Assembly: GCA_025839675.1 (NCBI GenBank)
Contig: CP104013.1
Span: forward strand, 840,001-872,000
DNA length: 32,000 nucleotides
DNA from: Candidatus Lokiarchaeum ossiferum
GTDB taxonomy: Archaea; Asgardarchaeota; Lokiarchaeia; Sigyniarchaeales; Promethearchaeaceae
Direction of reading: 5' to 3'
Shown: one piece after another, positions 1 to 9,271 of the stretch
Layout: the number at the start of each line of letters is the position of its first letter
Position numbering within the stretch: the first letter of the stretch is position 1
Notes under the pieces: generated by a model
What the model saw: only the letters and a program-made list of their open reading frames with translations
The model's database searches: none
What the model was told of the DNA's origin: nothing
Made by a program: the position numbers and the translations under genes

Positions 1-32
1 TTATTCGATATTCTTTTAAGATACTACAAAAG

Positions 33-395
33 ATGAAGACTATGGAAAAAAAATTTATTTTATATTCTTTCAATGGAGAAGGTATGTGTTTTGCCCATGT
101 ACTTTTGAATGCTATGGAAATGCACGGCAAAGGCTATGATGTTCTAATTGTTGTGGAAGGTAGTTCAGTGAAAATGATCAAAGAATTTCATGAAGATGAA
201 AAACATCCCTTTAATGATCTCTATTCGAAAGTTAAAAGCGCCAATCTTATACATGGCGTATGTCTTGCTTGTGCAACTAAAATGAAAGTTGTTGAAGCAG
301 TCAAGGCAGAAAAACTTCCGTTAATTGGATCAATGAGCGGTCATCCTCCAATGTCTGAATTTATTGATAAAGGATATCAAATAATCACATTTTAA
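33..395 (+). CDS. small DsrE/DsrF-like (sulfur-relay fold) protein, tentative
   Basis: 120-aa ORF. It has an alternating beta/alpha-like pattern, the VCLAC Cys pair and a C-terminal GYQIITF that resemble small DsrE-family proteins. The assignment is from memory of the family only. Confidence 0.4.
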   Translation: MKTMEKKFILYSFNGEGMCFAHVLLNAMEMHGKGYDVLIVVEGSSVKMIKEFHEDEKHPFNDLYSKVKSANLIHGVCLACATKMKVVEAVKAEKLPLIGSMSGHPPMSEFIDKGYQIITF

Positions 396-607
396 ATTTG
401 TTTAACATACAATAAGTGTTGATTATGCAATCCTTGCAGTTCAGGGGGTTTCAGATTAGAATAATATTTTTTATCTCAATTTTTTATTATGAAAATGTTG
501 CTTTGACTTCTAGTTCGTAATTTTTAGTGATACAAACCTAATATTTTGGAACGATGTAATTTAATGGGGGTCAATGAGATTATTTTACTAAATATTGGTG
601 AAAAATT

Positions 608-1048
608 ATGTTAAAAATAGGCGATTTTATTCCCGAGGCTCTTGAGCTGAATGACCAAGACAATAAAACTTGGAAATTATCTCAACTTAAAGGTAAAAGA
701 TCAATCTTGTATACCTACCCAAAAGATTCAACCCCCGGATGCACGACGGAAGCAAAAAACTTTAGGGATTCTATAAAGGAATATGAAAATGCAGATATCC
801 AAATATTTGGAATCAGTGCTGATTCGGTGATTTCCCATAAGAAATTCGCTGAAAAACACAATTTACCGTTTACATTGCTTTCAGATCCTGATAAAAAGTT
901 ATTGAATGCGCTGGGATCTATGGAAGGAGGTAAAATTAAAAGAAGAACATGGTTAGTGGATGAAAATGGAAAAATTGAAAAAGTATTTGAAAAAGTATCT
1001 CCGACGAACCATAATGCAGAATTGTGCGAGTATTACATGCTGAAATAA
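608..1048 (+). CDS. bcp: thiol peroxidase / peroxiredoxin, Bcp type
   Basis: 146-aa ORF with the peroxiredoxin active-site block YTYPKDSTPGCTTEA (FYPKDxTPGCTxE consensus). The downstream GISADSVISHKKFAEKHNLPFTLLSD is typical of Bcp/AhpC-TSA proteins. Confidence 0.85.
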   Translation: MLKIGDFIPEALELNDQDNKTWKLSQLKGKRSILYTYPKDSTPGCTTEAKNFRDSIKEYENADIQIFGISADSVISHKKFAEKHNLPFTLLSDPDKKLLNALGSMEGGKIKRRTWLVDENGKIEKVFEKVSPTNHNAELCEYYMLK

Positions 1049-1190
1049 TCCCTATCCTAAATATTTGAGAATATTGATGATAAATTGCACAAATTTTTTT
1101 GATTTAAATTTCATCTTGGTAATAGAATTAATTTTATGTCTTTTTTATATATAATTCATATCAGCGTTTCCCAAGATAAACCAATATATT

Positions 1191-1871
1191 TTATTTAACA
1201 ATTGAAAAACCAGAGTTATTTATTGAAGGAATTTTGAAATCCAGTTCAAAACCGAAATCTGAAGATTCAATAACTATATTTACATGAGAATCTGTTTGAA
1301 AAGTGACTGACTGCCCAAAAAAGAGATAAAATTGAACAGTTTCTTCAGGATCTAAATTTTGATCAGCATTTTGATTGTTTAAGAAGCAAATTCCAAAGGA
1401 TTTTGAAGACCCTTCTAACATACTCCCGAGATCATTAATTCCTTCATTGTAATTTAATTCACATAACTTTGTCTCATCCGCATAGATTAAAACCTTCAGA
1501 GATGCGGATGAAAAAGAAAAAGATTCAATTTGTTTTAGGGAAATCAAATCGAAGAACAGCGCGTCCAAATAATAATTATCCCCTTCAGCATAGGAGTGTA
1601 TCCCAACCATATTGTTTTTCACAACAAGTTGATCAGGAGCATTAAAAATACTGAGAAACGGAGCAGATTTTGATGCGATAAGAAATGAAAAAGTAAATCC
1701 TCCAAATAAACACATACCGATAATGAATATGATGGCAGTATGACGTTCTTGCTTAGAAATCTTCCCATTGCTTTTACTTCGTGTTTTGGTGAATGGGTAT
1801 CGAGATCTTCGAATCGTCAATACTTGCATACCAACCAAGAATAAAAAAAATATTTGAAGCTGTTTTTTCAA
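1191..1871 (-). CDS. hypothetical membrane-anchored protein
   Basis: 226-aa ORF with two N-terminal hydrophobic segments (IFFLFLVGMQVL; AIIFIIGMCLFGGFTFSFLIA) followed by a soluble domain. No recognisable motif. Confidence 0.45.
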   Translation of the reverse strand: MKKQLQIFFLFLVGMQVLTIRRSRYPFTKTRSKSNGKISKQERHTAIIFIIGMCLFGGFTFSFLIASKSAPFLSIFNAPDQLVVKNNMVGIHSYAEGDNYYLDALFFDLISLKQIESFSFSSASLKVLIYADETKLCELNYNEGINDLGSMLEGSSKSFGICFLNNQNADQNLDPEETVQFYLFFGQSVTFQTDSHVNIVIESSDFGFELDFKIPSINNSGFSIVK

Positions 1872-2018
1872 AACATTCCAAAGAACAAGATTTTCTTCAT
1901 TTTATAGAGAGCAGTGTTTTTTAAAAAGAGTACAACTCTTCCCATTTATAGTTGATAGCTGTAAGCAAAGAAATTACACAGTAGAAAAAATATTATCAAG
2001 AAAAACACAAGAGATTAG

Positions 2019-2819
2019 TTAGAAAAACATCTCTAAATTTGCGATCAAATTGCCAAACATGTGCAAAGCAATCGGAATGCGGATATCCTTTTTAAATACA
2101 AATAGTAACCCGAATAAAATACCTGAAACAAAAATTGGTAGTAATACTGATAAATCTCCATAATAATTTACATGCAATAAAGTCCATATTATTGATTGGA
2201 TAATAATAACATACATTAATTCTCCAAATTTCATATTATATAGGTTAGTTTGAGGCTTGGGTTTCAGGCTAAGATCGATTTGAACCCGTTTTGATCGAAG
2301 ATTCAAGAAAATACTGATTAAGAATCCCCGGAAGAATAATTCTTCTGAGATAGAGACTAAAATTGCGTACCAAAATAACACCCATTCTTCAGAGTCAAGG
2401 TTAAAATTTGAGGGGAGGTGTGATAAAGAAAATAATTTTATCACCAAAAACCCTATACAAAAGACCCAAAATGTGATGGAAAGGACTTGAGAATACATAA
2501 GATGTGATGATGAGTCCGGACTTTGAGGGTCATTTTTACTCTGATTACGACTGGAACAGTCCTTTTTCGTAACTTCTTGGAGATAATAATACCCAAGGAG
2601 ACAAAAAGTCCCTTGAAGAAAACAAAATAGAGTCAATTCATAATTCTGGGGATAAATTATAATTCCGAGTAAAATTAACCCAAATATATCAAGAAATAAG
2701 AAAATTAAGGAATTTTTGTGAAAAGATTGGAAATGAAATTTGTTCAAATAGATAGAAAAAATTCTTTTGAATTCCTTCTGTAAATCCTTTTCATTAGAAT
2801 CCATGTATACCATTATCAA
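2019..2819 (-). CDS. CPBP family intramembrane glutamic endopeptidase (CAAX protease/Abi-like)
   Basis: 266-aa polytopic membrane ORF. It carries the CPBP motifs SEELFFRGF (EExxxR), LLHVNYY and ALHMFGN (HxxxN). Confidence 0.8.
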   Translation of the reverse strand: MIMVYMDSNEKDLQKEFKRIFSIYLNKFHFQSFHKNSLIFLFLDIFGLILLGIIIYPQNYELTLFCFLQGTFCLLGYYYLQEVTKKDCSSRNQSKNDPQSPDSSSHLMYSQVLSITFWVFCIGFLVIKLFSLSHLPSNFNLDSEEWVLFWYAILVSISEELFFRGFLISIFLNLRSKRVQIDLSLKPKPQTNLYNMKFGELMYVIIIQSIIWTLLHVNYYGDLSVLLPIFVSGILFGLLFVFKKDIRIPIALHMFGNLIANLEMFF

Positions 2820-3200
2820 ACTTTCTTTTATATATTTGACTTCTTAAAAAAAGATTCAATAGAGAATGAAGTCTATCTAAAAGATTTTAAATATTGAAAA
2901 TGTAATTTCAATTTCTAATCCATCTTTTGAAACGATTAAATTTATTCAATGTTGCCCCAAGTTTAATTAGGGTAATTTTTTATTACTTTGAAGAGTCATC
3001 TGCTAGATTTAAAAGTTTAATTGAGTTACTATAGTATAACAATATCATCAAAACAATTGATCACATTCCAGTTATATAAAATAATCTTGCGACGTTGATT
3101 TCTTTTTACATAAGTTACTGATGATATATAGTTGGGTATATATTTAGCAAAAAATGTCATAATTGTATTTAGACATTTTTTTTAAGGAAAAGTGATTAAA

Positions 3201-6200
3201 ATGAAAAGAAAAACCTATGCGATGTTATTTCTACTGCTTTTAGCTTTCCCCGGAATAACTCAATTTGCCGGAGTTAGTTCTATGGAAGCAGTAGAAATCT
3301 CGCCAGAAAGTGCTGCTGATCCCGTAATAATTGTATCTGAAGGAGATATACTTTATTATAGTTGGACAGGAGAAAAAATAAATGAAACGGACTCTGAACT
3401 CGAAAGAGGTATATGTTATGTAGAAATAACAGAAGTGAATATAGCTGAAAATTACACAACCTATGACAATTACAATGGAGTCTTTAATGAAACAGAACAA
3501 TCTTGGGAATGGATTTATGCGAATGATGAGTATGTAGGGAACGATAATGAAAGATGGCTGTCAGATAACTTTACATATCCTATCTTTAACCATTCAATAT
3601 TATTTTCCACGGATATAGTCGACGTAAATGCAGTGAATCTTTCTGAAAATACGGATCAAAGAATTATGGACGCTTTTAGCGCTACATCTATCAATTCGTA
3701 TTATGAAACATCAGGAGGATGGCATATTGTTAAATTTGACTTAAATCGTTCTGATGATCCATCAGATCTATTCGAAGTGGAAGCATGGGTTAATGCCTCA
3801 ACGGGAATTCTGACCTATTATGAAGAAACTTCTAATAATTACACAAGTAAAAACGAACTGATAGGATTTGAAATTGCAGCTTTAGACTTTGAATATCCCG
3901 ATTCCTTTGGATTAGAATTGGGGGATACAATTGATAGATTTATGCCTGATATAATGGATCAAGGGCCAGATGGACCAGATGGGCCAGATTATCAATACAT
4001 GTATGATAGTGACGATCTCTTAGAAGAAAATGACGATTATACCTCGGCTTATCAGTTATGGGAAGTTGAAACCTATAATGCCACACGATATGGAAGTATG
4101 AGGAGTATTGATCCAGATTATTATCGTATAGATATAACAACGGATGTAACTCTTCACGTTCATATGCACGGACATAATCAACAAGTGGGATTTGGATTAG
4201 TTCGAATCAATCCTGCCGATGGAACGCAAATGGAAAGTGATTGGGCTTCTGACCCTGATGATTATGATATGCAAATTGATATTGCTGATTTTGATGGGAC
4301 AGTTGAATTTGCTGTGTTCAGTGATTATGAACATAAAGCCGGATATATTCTTGAAGTAGAACTCGAACATGATATTTATGGACATCCAGACATAATGGAC
4401 GATTTCTTAGAATATCGAGATGGAGTTCAAGAAAATGATATCTTTACTAATGCAGTATGGTTAGATCAATATCAGAATCCAACATATGAAGATTTAACCC
4501 ATTGGGATGATGACTATTATAATTTCAGTTTGGGTGAATTTGAGGAACTTTATATTGAAGTCAATAACTGGGGCATGGGTACAGAAGACTTAATTATTGA
4601 AGAATTAGACAATTCAGGTACATTAATTCAAAGCTCATCAAGTTCTGATGATGATTTTGGCCTTGTAATTAAAGGAGGCGAAACCAGACGCGATGTAATT
4701 TTAAATATCTCAGGTGAAAACATTGGACAAGGTTACCAACTTCAATTTGATCATTTAAACCCTCCATTCCAACAGTGGATTAAAGAAGCAGATTATTTGG
4801 AACCAAATAATGATTATGAAAATCCAATAGATATTTCAGCAGGAGAATACAGTGTCCCAGCACAATTTTGGGACTTAAGTACCTTCGATGATCCAGATTA
4901 TTATAGTTTTTATGTGGAGAGCGGAAAACATGTCGACATCCATGTCCAATTTTATCCTGGAGCAGATGTTGCTCTATCCTTAATTGATCCTAATACAGGG
5001 GCAGTTTTAGAAGGACCCTATGGTGGAGATGGTGGAACAGATAAAAACGGTCATATAGGTCTATCCTTTGATACAACTGTGAGTGGTCATCACATGATCA
5101 GAGTCGCGGGTAATACAGGATATTATGGGGACACATATAGTTTAGAAGTTCGGATTGACTACGAGATAAATGAATGGTATGGTAATGAAAAAAATGATGG
5201 AGACGATAAAGATGAAAATTCACTATGGATGAAAGATACTGTTGACTTTATATATCACAATCCTGCAACTAATGAAGATATTATTATAGTGTCTCAAGAA
5301 TTCTTTACATCACCAGGAATGGAACCGGAAGAATTAGTTATGATTCGACCATACCATGAAGGCGGCAGAGTGAATCTAAATAATATATCTGGTTCAGTAG
5401 GGGAAAATTATTTCCATAAGGATATTGATTTAACTTCTGCTGCATTCAACGATTTGATGATGGAATTGATTGTTGATGATTGGGGCTTAGTTAGTACCAC
5501 TAATGTATCAACAGCAGAATGGTATGAACTATGGGGTACCACTCCAGAAGGAGACCAAGGATATTTCTTTATCCAATTACTTCCCGATATTGGAACAACG
5601 CGATACTTCCATATGAATAGAAAGGAAAACTCAACTGGGAGAGAAGATAATAACTGGAATTTTGTGATTGACTGTTCTGCAGGCGGAATGAATGATACAG
5701 ATCCAACTTTGGGAGTTGTTGAAGGTGATTGGTGGCAATATTTGGTCCAAGAACAATATCAAAACCGAAAATGGGGTGATGGTCCAGAGCAATATGAAGA
5801 AAATGAAAGAGTTCATTTAGCAACATTTGAAGTAACTCACATCTTTGCCCTAAACCGAACTACCATGGGAGTAGTTGGAAAAATGGAAGTGCAAACATTC
5901 AAGAATGATGGCTCGCTTAATACTGAAAAGCATATTGAGAGGTTTGAACCTCTTTTAGTCTATGATACAATGCATCCTGAAAATTTCGTAACTATGGGTG
6001 GTCATGGTGGTTTGGAAGGACCTCCTGTGTTGTTACCAATGGTTGCCAACTGGTCCCAGCTTGAAGGGGATATGATTGATCTGTTTACTTCAATGGAAGA
6101 TGGTCCAGGAATGCCTGAGGCATATAATTTTGACGAAAATGCAGTCAGATTCCGATTTGAGTGGGGATCAGACGAACCTGATTATAAAAATGAAGGACGG

Positions 6201-7460
6201 CAGAATATTGTTCTTGATGTAAATGAATTTGGAATGACAACTCATTTAGATCAAGATAGATATCAACGACGAGAAGAAAACATGGGAACGTATTGGAGAG
6301 GAGAAGAACAAAGAGAGAGAATGGTTGCTTTCATGACGAATGGTAGTAAAGGTGATATATATGAGACCAATATCCCTGCTGTTACAGGTGTTAGTCCTTT
6401 ACATGAATTTGTTTGGGAAAGAAGCGAATACAGACCTGCGGAAGGAGATCAAGAAGCAAAAGATCCTAGTGATAAATCTTACCAAAAATGGCGTATAATC
6501 AATGTAATGTCTGCTTGTGATAAATTTATTGTATTCTTAGGTCAGCAATATTGGAAAGGACCTGATGATACTGAATATCAAAGCCAAGAATGGCATATTG
6601 AGACACCCGAAGGCCCTGTTGATCTAAATTACTGGTATTTAGGCTCTGTTCGCAACGATGATGTCTGGACATGGTTCCAATCTCAAATTTATGATATCGG
6701 CATTTCTGATCTTTCACTATACGAAGATGAAATTGTAGAAATGCTGAATTATGGACTTGAATTGGGCGGAGCAATGCTAACACCAGCAAATGTAGATATT
6801 GTAGGTCGTTCATTTACAGTACGAGTTCAAGCGGATGGAAAAGAACATGTCATGCGAATTGCTATAAATGACCAAGGAATTATGCAAGATATGTTCATGG
6901 GAACAAAATACATATCGAATGGAACATGGGCAGAGTGGGATCGAACAGTTCTCTCAGAAGCAACTATAGGATATACGACGGGAGAATTCTTTAGTGATGA
7001 TATTCCAGCTAATTATGTCCAGCTAGATTTAACCGATCCGACAATTATATTGGTCTCGCCAAGTACAGCCGGAGATGTTGAAGTGGGTTCTTCGATTTCT
7101 ATTACCGCCGCCGATAATGTAGGCGTCGTTGAGTTGAAATACCACTGGGATTCAGAAGCAATGGTCATTGTCACAGGGACTTTGTTCACTACCCCCGTAC
7201 CAAGTGCTTTGGGAATCCATGAATTACATATTTGGGCAAAGGACGAAGCGGGAAATGAGAAATATGTCATGTTTGCATTCACAACAGTGGAAGCGGGATC
7301 ATCATCCAATACAACAACGAATTCAACAACTGAAACATCAACAACCGGAACAGATGAGCCACTACCTTTCGACATTCCTGGTTATGGATACACATCCTTT
7401 GCAGTGTTCAGTTTGATTGGCTTAGTGATGATTGGTTTGAAACGTAAAAAGCGAACCTAA
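3201..7460 (+). CDS. large secreted cell-surface protein (signal peptide, 3 PPC-like modules, Ig-like domain, PGF-CTERM-like anchor)
   Basis: The 1422-aa ORF opens at GTG 3192, but ATG 3201 gives a classic signal peptide, MKRKTYAMLFLLLLAFPGITQFAG. The sequence is acidic and Asn/Asp/Tyr/Trp-rich with many N-x-S/T sequons. It ends in a Thr/Ser linker, a hydrophobic helix and KRKKRT. Confidence 0.85.
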   Translation: MKRKTYAMLFLLLLAFPGITQFAGVSSMEAVEISPESAADPVIIVSEGDILYYSWTGEKINETDSELERGICYVEITEVNIAENYTTYDNYNGVFNETEQSWEWIYANDEYVGNDNERWLSDNFTYPIFNHSILFSTDIVDVNAVNLSENTDQRIMDAFSATSINSYYETSGGWHIVKFDLNRSDDPSDLFEVEAWVNASTGILTYYEETSNNYTSKNELIGFEIAALDFEYPDSFGLELGDTIDRFMPDIMDQGPDGPDGPDYQYMYDSDDLLEENDDYTSAYQLWEVETYNATRYGSMRSIDPDYYRIDITTDVTLHVHMHGHNQQVGFGLVRINPADGTQMESDWASDPDDYDMQIDIADFDGTVEFAVFSDYEHKAGYILEVELEHDIYGHPDIMDDFLEYRDGVQENDIFTNAVWLDQYQNPTYEDLTHWDDDYYNFSLGEFEELYIEVNNWGMGTEDLIIEELDNSGTLIQSSSSSDDDFGLVIKGGETRRDVILNISGENIGQGYQLQFDHLNPPFQQWIKEADYLEPNNDYENPIDISAGEYSVPAQFWDLSTFDDPDYYSFYVESGKHVDIHVQFYPGADVALSLIDPNTGAVLEGPYGGDGGTDKNGHIGLSFDTTVSGHHMIRVAGNTGYYGDTYSLEVRIDYEINEWYGNEKNDGDDKDENSLWMKDTVDFIYHNPATNEDIIIVSQEFFTSPGMEPEELVMIRPYHEGGRVNLNNISGSVGENYFHKDIDLTSAAFNDLMMELIVDDWGLVSTTNVSTAEWYELWGTTPEGDQGYFFIQLLPDIGTTRYFHMNRKENSTGREDNNWNFVIDCSAGGMNDTDPTLGVVEGDWWQYLVQEQYQNRKWGDGPEQYEENERVHLATFEVTHIFALNRTTMGVVGKMEVQTFKNDGSLNTEKHIERFEPLLVYDTMHPENFVTMGGHGGLEGPPVLLPMVANWSQLEGDMIDLFTSMEDGPGMPEAYNFDENAVRFRFEWGSDEPDYKNEGRQNIVLDVNEFGMTTHLDQDRYQRREENMGTYWRGEEQRERMVAFMTNGSKGDIYETNIPAVTGVSPLHEFVWERSEYRPAEGDQEAKDPSDKSYQKWRIINVMSACDKFIVFLGQQYWKGPDDTEYQSQEWHIETPEGPVDLNYWYLGSVRNDDVWTWFQSQIYDIGISDLSLYEDEIVEMLNYGLELGGAMLTPANVDIVGRSFTVRVQADGKEHVMRIAINDQGIMQDMFMGTKYISNGTWAEWDRTVLSEATIGYTTGEFFSDDIPANYVQLDLTDPTIILVSPSTAGDVEVGSSISITAADNVGVVELKYHWDSEAMVIVTGTLFTTPVPSALGIHELHIWAKDEAGNEKYVMFAFTTVEAGSSSNTTTNSTTETSTTGTDEPLPFDIPGYGYTSFAVFSLIGLVMIGLKRKKRT
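4014..5156 (+). repeat. three tandem pre-peptidase C-terminal (PPC)-like modules inside the surface protein
   Basis: The pattern E-x-N-D ... D-(P/D)-D-Y-Y-x-(F/I) ... G-Y-x-L-(E/Q)-(V/F) repeats three times. The instances are LEENDDYTSAY..DPDYYRIDIT..GYILEVEL, VQENDIFTNAV..DDDYYNFSL..GYQLQFD and LEPNNDYENPI..DPDYYSFYV..DTYSLEVRI. Confidence 0.55.
7299..7457 (+). other. PGF-CTERM-like sorting signal (PGY variant)
   Basis: SSSNTTTNSTTETSTTGT linker, then PGYGYTSFAVFSLIGLVMIGL and KRKKRT at the extreme C-terminus. This matches the architecture of archaeosortase (ArtA) PGF-CTERM substrates, with F replaced by Y. Confidence 0.5.
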
Positions 7461-7489
7461 ATAACCGCTCATCAATTGAAAATGATTTG

Positions 7490-7515
7490 CCGTTAACATA
7501 TAACGGTATTTTTTT
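7490..7515. terminator. stem-loop plus T7 tract between convergent genes
   Basis: CCGTTA-ACATA-TAACGG perfect 6-bp stem, followed by TATTTTTTT. It lies 30 nt after the surface-protein stop. Oligo-T tracts are the usual archaeal termination signal. Confidence 0.4.
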
Positions 7516-7578
7516 CTTTATTTTTCTTTCAAAGAATGGATGGTTGAAATAGAAGTTTATTTCTGGAAAAAAAAAAGA

Positions 7579-8730
7579 TTATTTCAAAAATCGGGAGAGA
7601 AAAACAGCCCAATCCTTGATTGGAATATCGGAATCAAACTTAGAATATTGAACAATTGCTTTTGGAGATGTGGTAATGAAATATTGCACTCCAGTGTCTT
7701 GAACCTCATGAAGTCTTTGTTTCCACATTTCTTCCGTAGTAGAATTTTCAACGATATATAACCCTCCAGCATAATCAAAAGCACTTGTTTGGGCAGATTC
7801 GAGTTCAATAAGTGTATTTCCGGGAATTTTTCCTAAAATGGAGCGTGGTTCTTCATAATGGTTACCACCTAACCTACCAAGTCGACTGCTATCCTGAAAA
7901 GCATATGTGGCTGTAAAGGAATTATCAAAAACCAATTTTTTAACTAAATTTTCGTTAAGCAGATATTCACTTAAATGATATACTTTGAGTCCAAAGGATT
8001 TAACGGCCTTAGGATAATCAAATTTCCATGTTCGATATGCTTCTGCTCCTTCCACAATAACGGTTGTAACTCCGGCTTTTTTATAAAGGTCAACGTTGGT
8101 TTGAGCAATCTTGCGAAAAGTCGCGATATTTCCCGCCCAAAGATCATCATGACCAGAATCTTTCATATTTAAAACTACGGGAGAAATATTCACTCGATTT
8201 AAAATGCCTACAACAGATTGAGGTATTTCAGATAAATTCAACCCAAGATCCTTATTTAAATCTTCTAATCCCGCTAAATTGCCAATAAAATAAGCAATCT
8301 CACCTTTTTGGGCGATTTTGAGTTTAGGAGTGTTCTTAAAATATTGTAAACTATCGACCGTTGGAATAGAATCAGATTTTTCAGAATTTTTAGCTAAAGT
8401 TGTACAGGACCCAGGGAATTCATTTTTTTCAGGAGATTTCAATTGATTTTCAATAGCATATGCTCTTAAATAGCGAATTAACATCGCTATATTCATACCC
8501 ACACCGTTTTTACTGGCGGGACAAAAAGTCATACATCGATTGCAAGTTAAACAATTGTAAATCGGTTGATTCGCAATAGCCGTCTCAGGATCATGCATTT
8601 GAAGGTCCCGTAATACACCTAAGGGATTAAAAATTCCCGCAATGTGCGTAGGACACACCAAATTGCATTGACCACAATTGATGCATTGAGTCACATGTTG
8701 TTGCATTTGGGATGAGGTATTGGTTAACAT
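7579..8730 (-). CDS. HdrD/GlpC-like (Fe-S)-binding protein with cysteine-less CCG-type domains
   Basis: 383-aa ORF. The N-terminus has two ferredoxin-type motifs, CINCGQCNLVCP and CLTCNRCMTFCP. The C-terminal 270 aa follow the layout of two CCG domains but contain no cysteine at all: YFIGN for YFxGC, DSGHD for CCG, FQDSSRLGR for HDPCHLGR, TTSPKA for TxCPxC. Confidence 0.7.
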   Translation of the reverse strand: MLTNTSSQMQQHVTQCINCGQCNLVCPTHIAGIFNPLGVLRDLQMHDPETAIANQPIYNCLTCNRCMTFCPASKNGVGMNIAMLIRYLRAYAIENQLKSPEKNEFPGSCTTLAKNSEKSDSIPTVDSLQYFKNTPKLKIAQKGEIAYFIGNLAGLEDLNKDLGLNLSEIPQSVVGILNRVNISPVVLNMKDSGHDDLWAGNIATFRKIAQTNVDLYKKAGVTTVIVEGAEAYRTWKFDYPKAVKSFGLKVYHLSEYLLNENLVKKLVFDNSFTATYAFQDSSRLGRLGGNHYEEPRSILGKIPGNTLIELESAQTSAFDYAGGLYIVENSTTEEMWKQRLHEVQDTGVQYFITTSPKAIVQYSKFDSDIPIKDWAVFLSRFLK

Positions 8731-8814
8731 TGATAGGATTCTCTTTTCTTTCGTTTTTAATTTTTTTCTTTCGGAATTTGATAAAAGCAGAGAAAATGAA
8801 GCAAAAAAAAAGAC

Positions 8815-9261
8815 TCAATATACTTTATATAAAATTCGTTCGAGCAAGTATGTAAGTTTTGATACACAAATGTTGCGCAAAATAGAGTAGCGATATTCAC
8901 TAACTTCAAGATGCACGAAGGAATAATTGATTTCCTTTAAATGTTGTTGAATGCGTTCAAAGGATCTTAATGTAGGAAGGACATCATGAGTATGGGCTTC
9001 ATCCCAATTAATTTTTAAATGTGACCGATATATTTCAGTAACTTGGCTTATAGCACGCTCATCTTCTTTCTTCTCTTCGCTAGCTTCATTTTCAAGAACA
9101 TTTAAGACGAGTTCTTTCATCGTCGCCACAGCGTCCGAAAGTTCAGTTATAGCAGACTTAATTTCCTCTCGCTCATATTCATCTTCTTCGGTCTCTTCAT
9201 AATAAATATCATCTTCATCTTCCTTAATTTCAGCAAGATGCCGAAGATTTTTAAACAACAT
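8815..9261 (-). CDS. hypothetical acidic helical protein
   Basis: 148-aa ORF whose Glu/Asp-rich N-terminal half is predicted helical. Its start lies 10 nt after the stop of the upstream coiled-coil gene, so it is likely co-transcribed. Confidence 0.5.
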   Translation of the reverse strand: MLFKNLRHLAEIKEDEDDIYYEETEEDEYEREEIKSAITELSDAVATMKELVLNVLENEASEEKKEDERAISQVTEIYRSHLKINWDEAHTHDVLPTLRSFERIQQHLKEINYSFVHLEVSEYRYSILRNICVSKLTYLLERILYKVY

Positions 9262-9271
9262 CGAGCATCAC

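Noticed and set aside
3240-7416. Short ORFs nested inside or antisense to the surface-protein gene (3240..3500, 3940..4140, 4197..4385, 5569..5826, 5631..5816, 6526..6813, 7013..7375, 7168..7416).
   Set aside because: All lie entirely within a long, well-supported CDS. Their products are low-complexity or hydrophobic-junk translations with no motifs. Such shadow ORFs are expected in AT-rich DNA.
7540-8818. ORFs 7540..7761 (+), 7584..7808 (-), 7975..8172 (+) and 8627..8818 (-) overlapping the HdrD-like gene.
   Set aside because: They are alternative-frame or antisense reads of a CDS that has clear Fe-S motifs in its own frame, and their translations are featureless.
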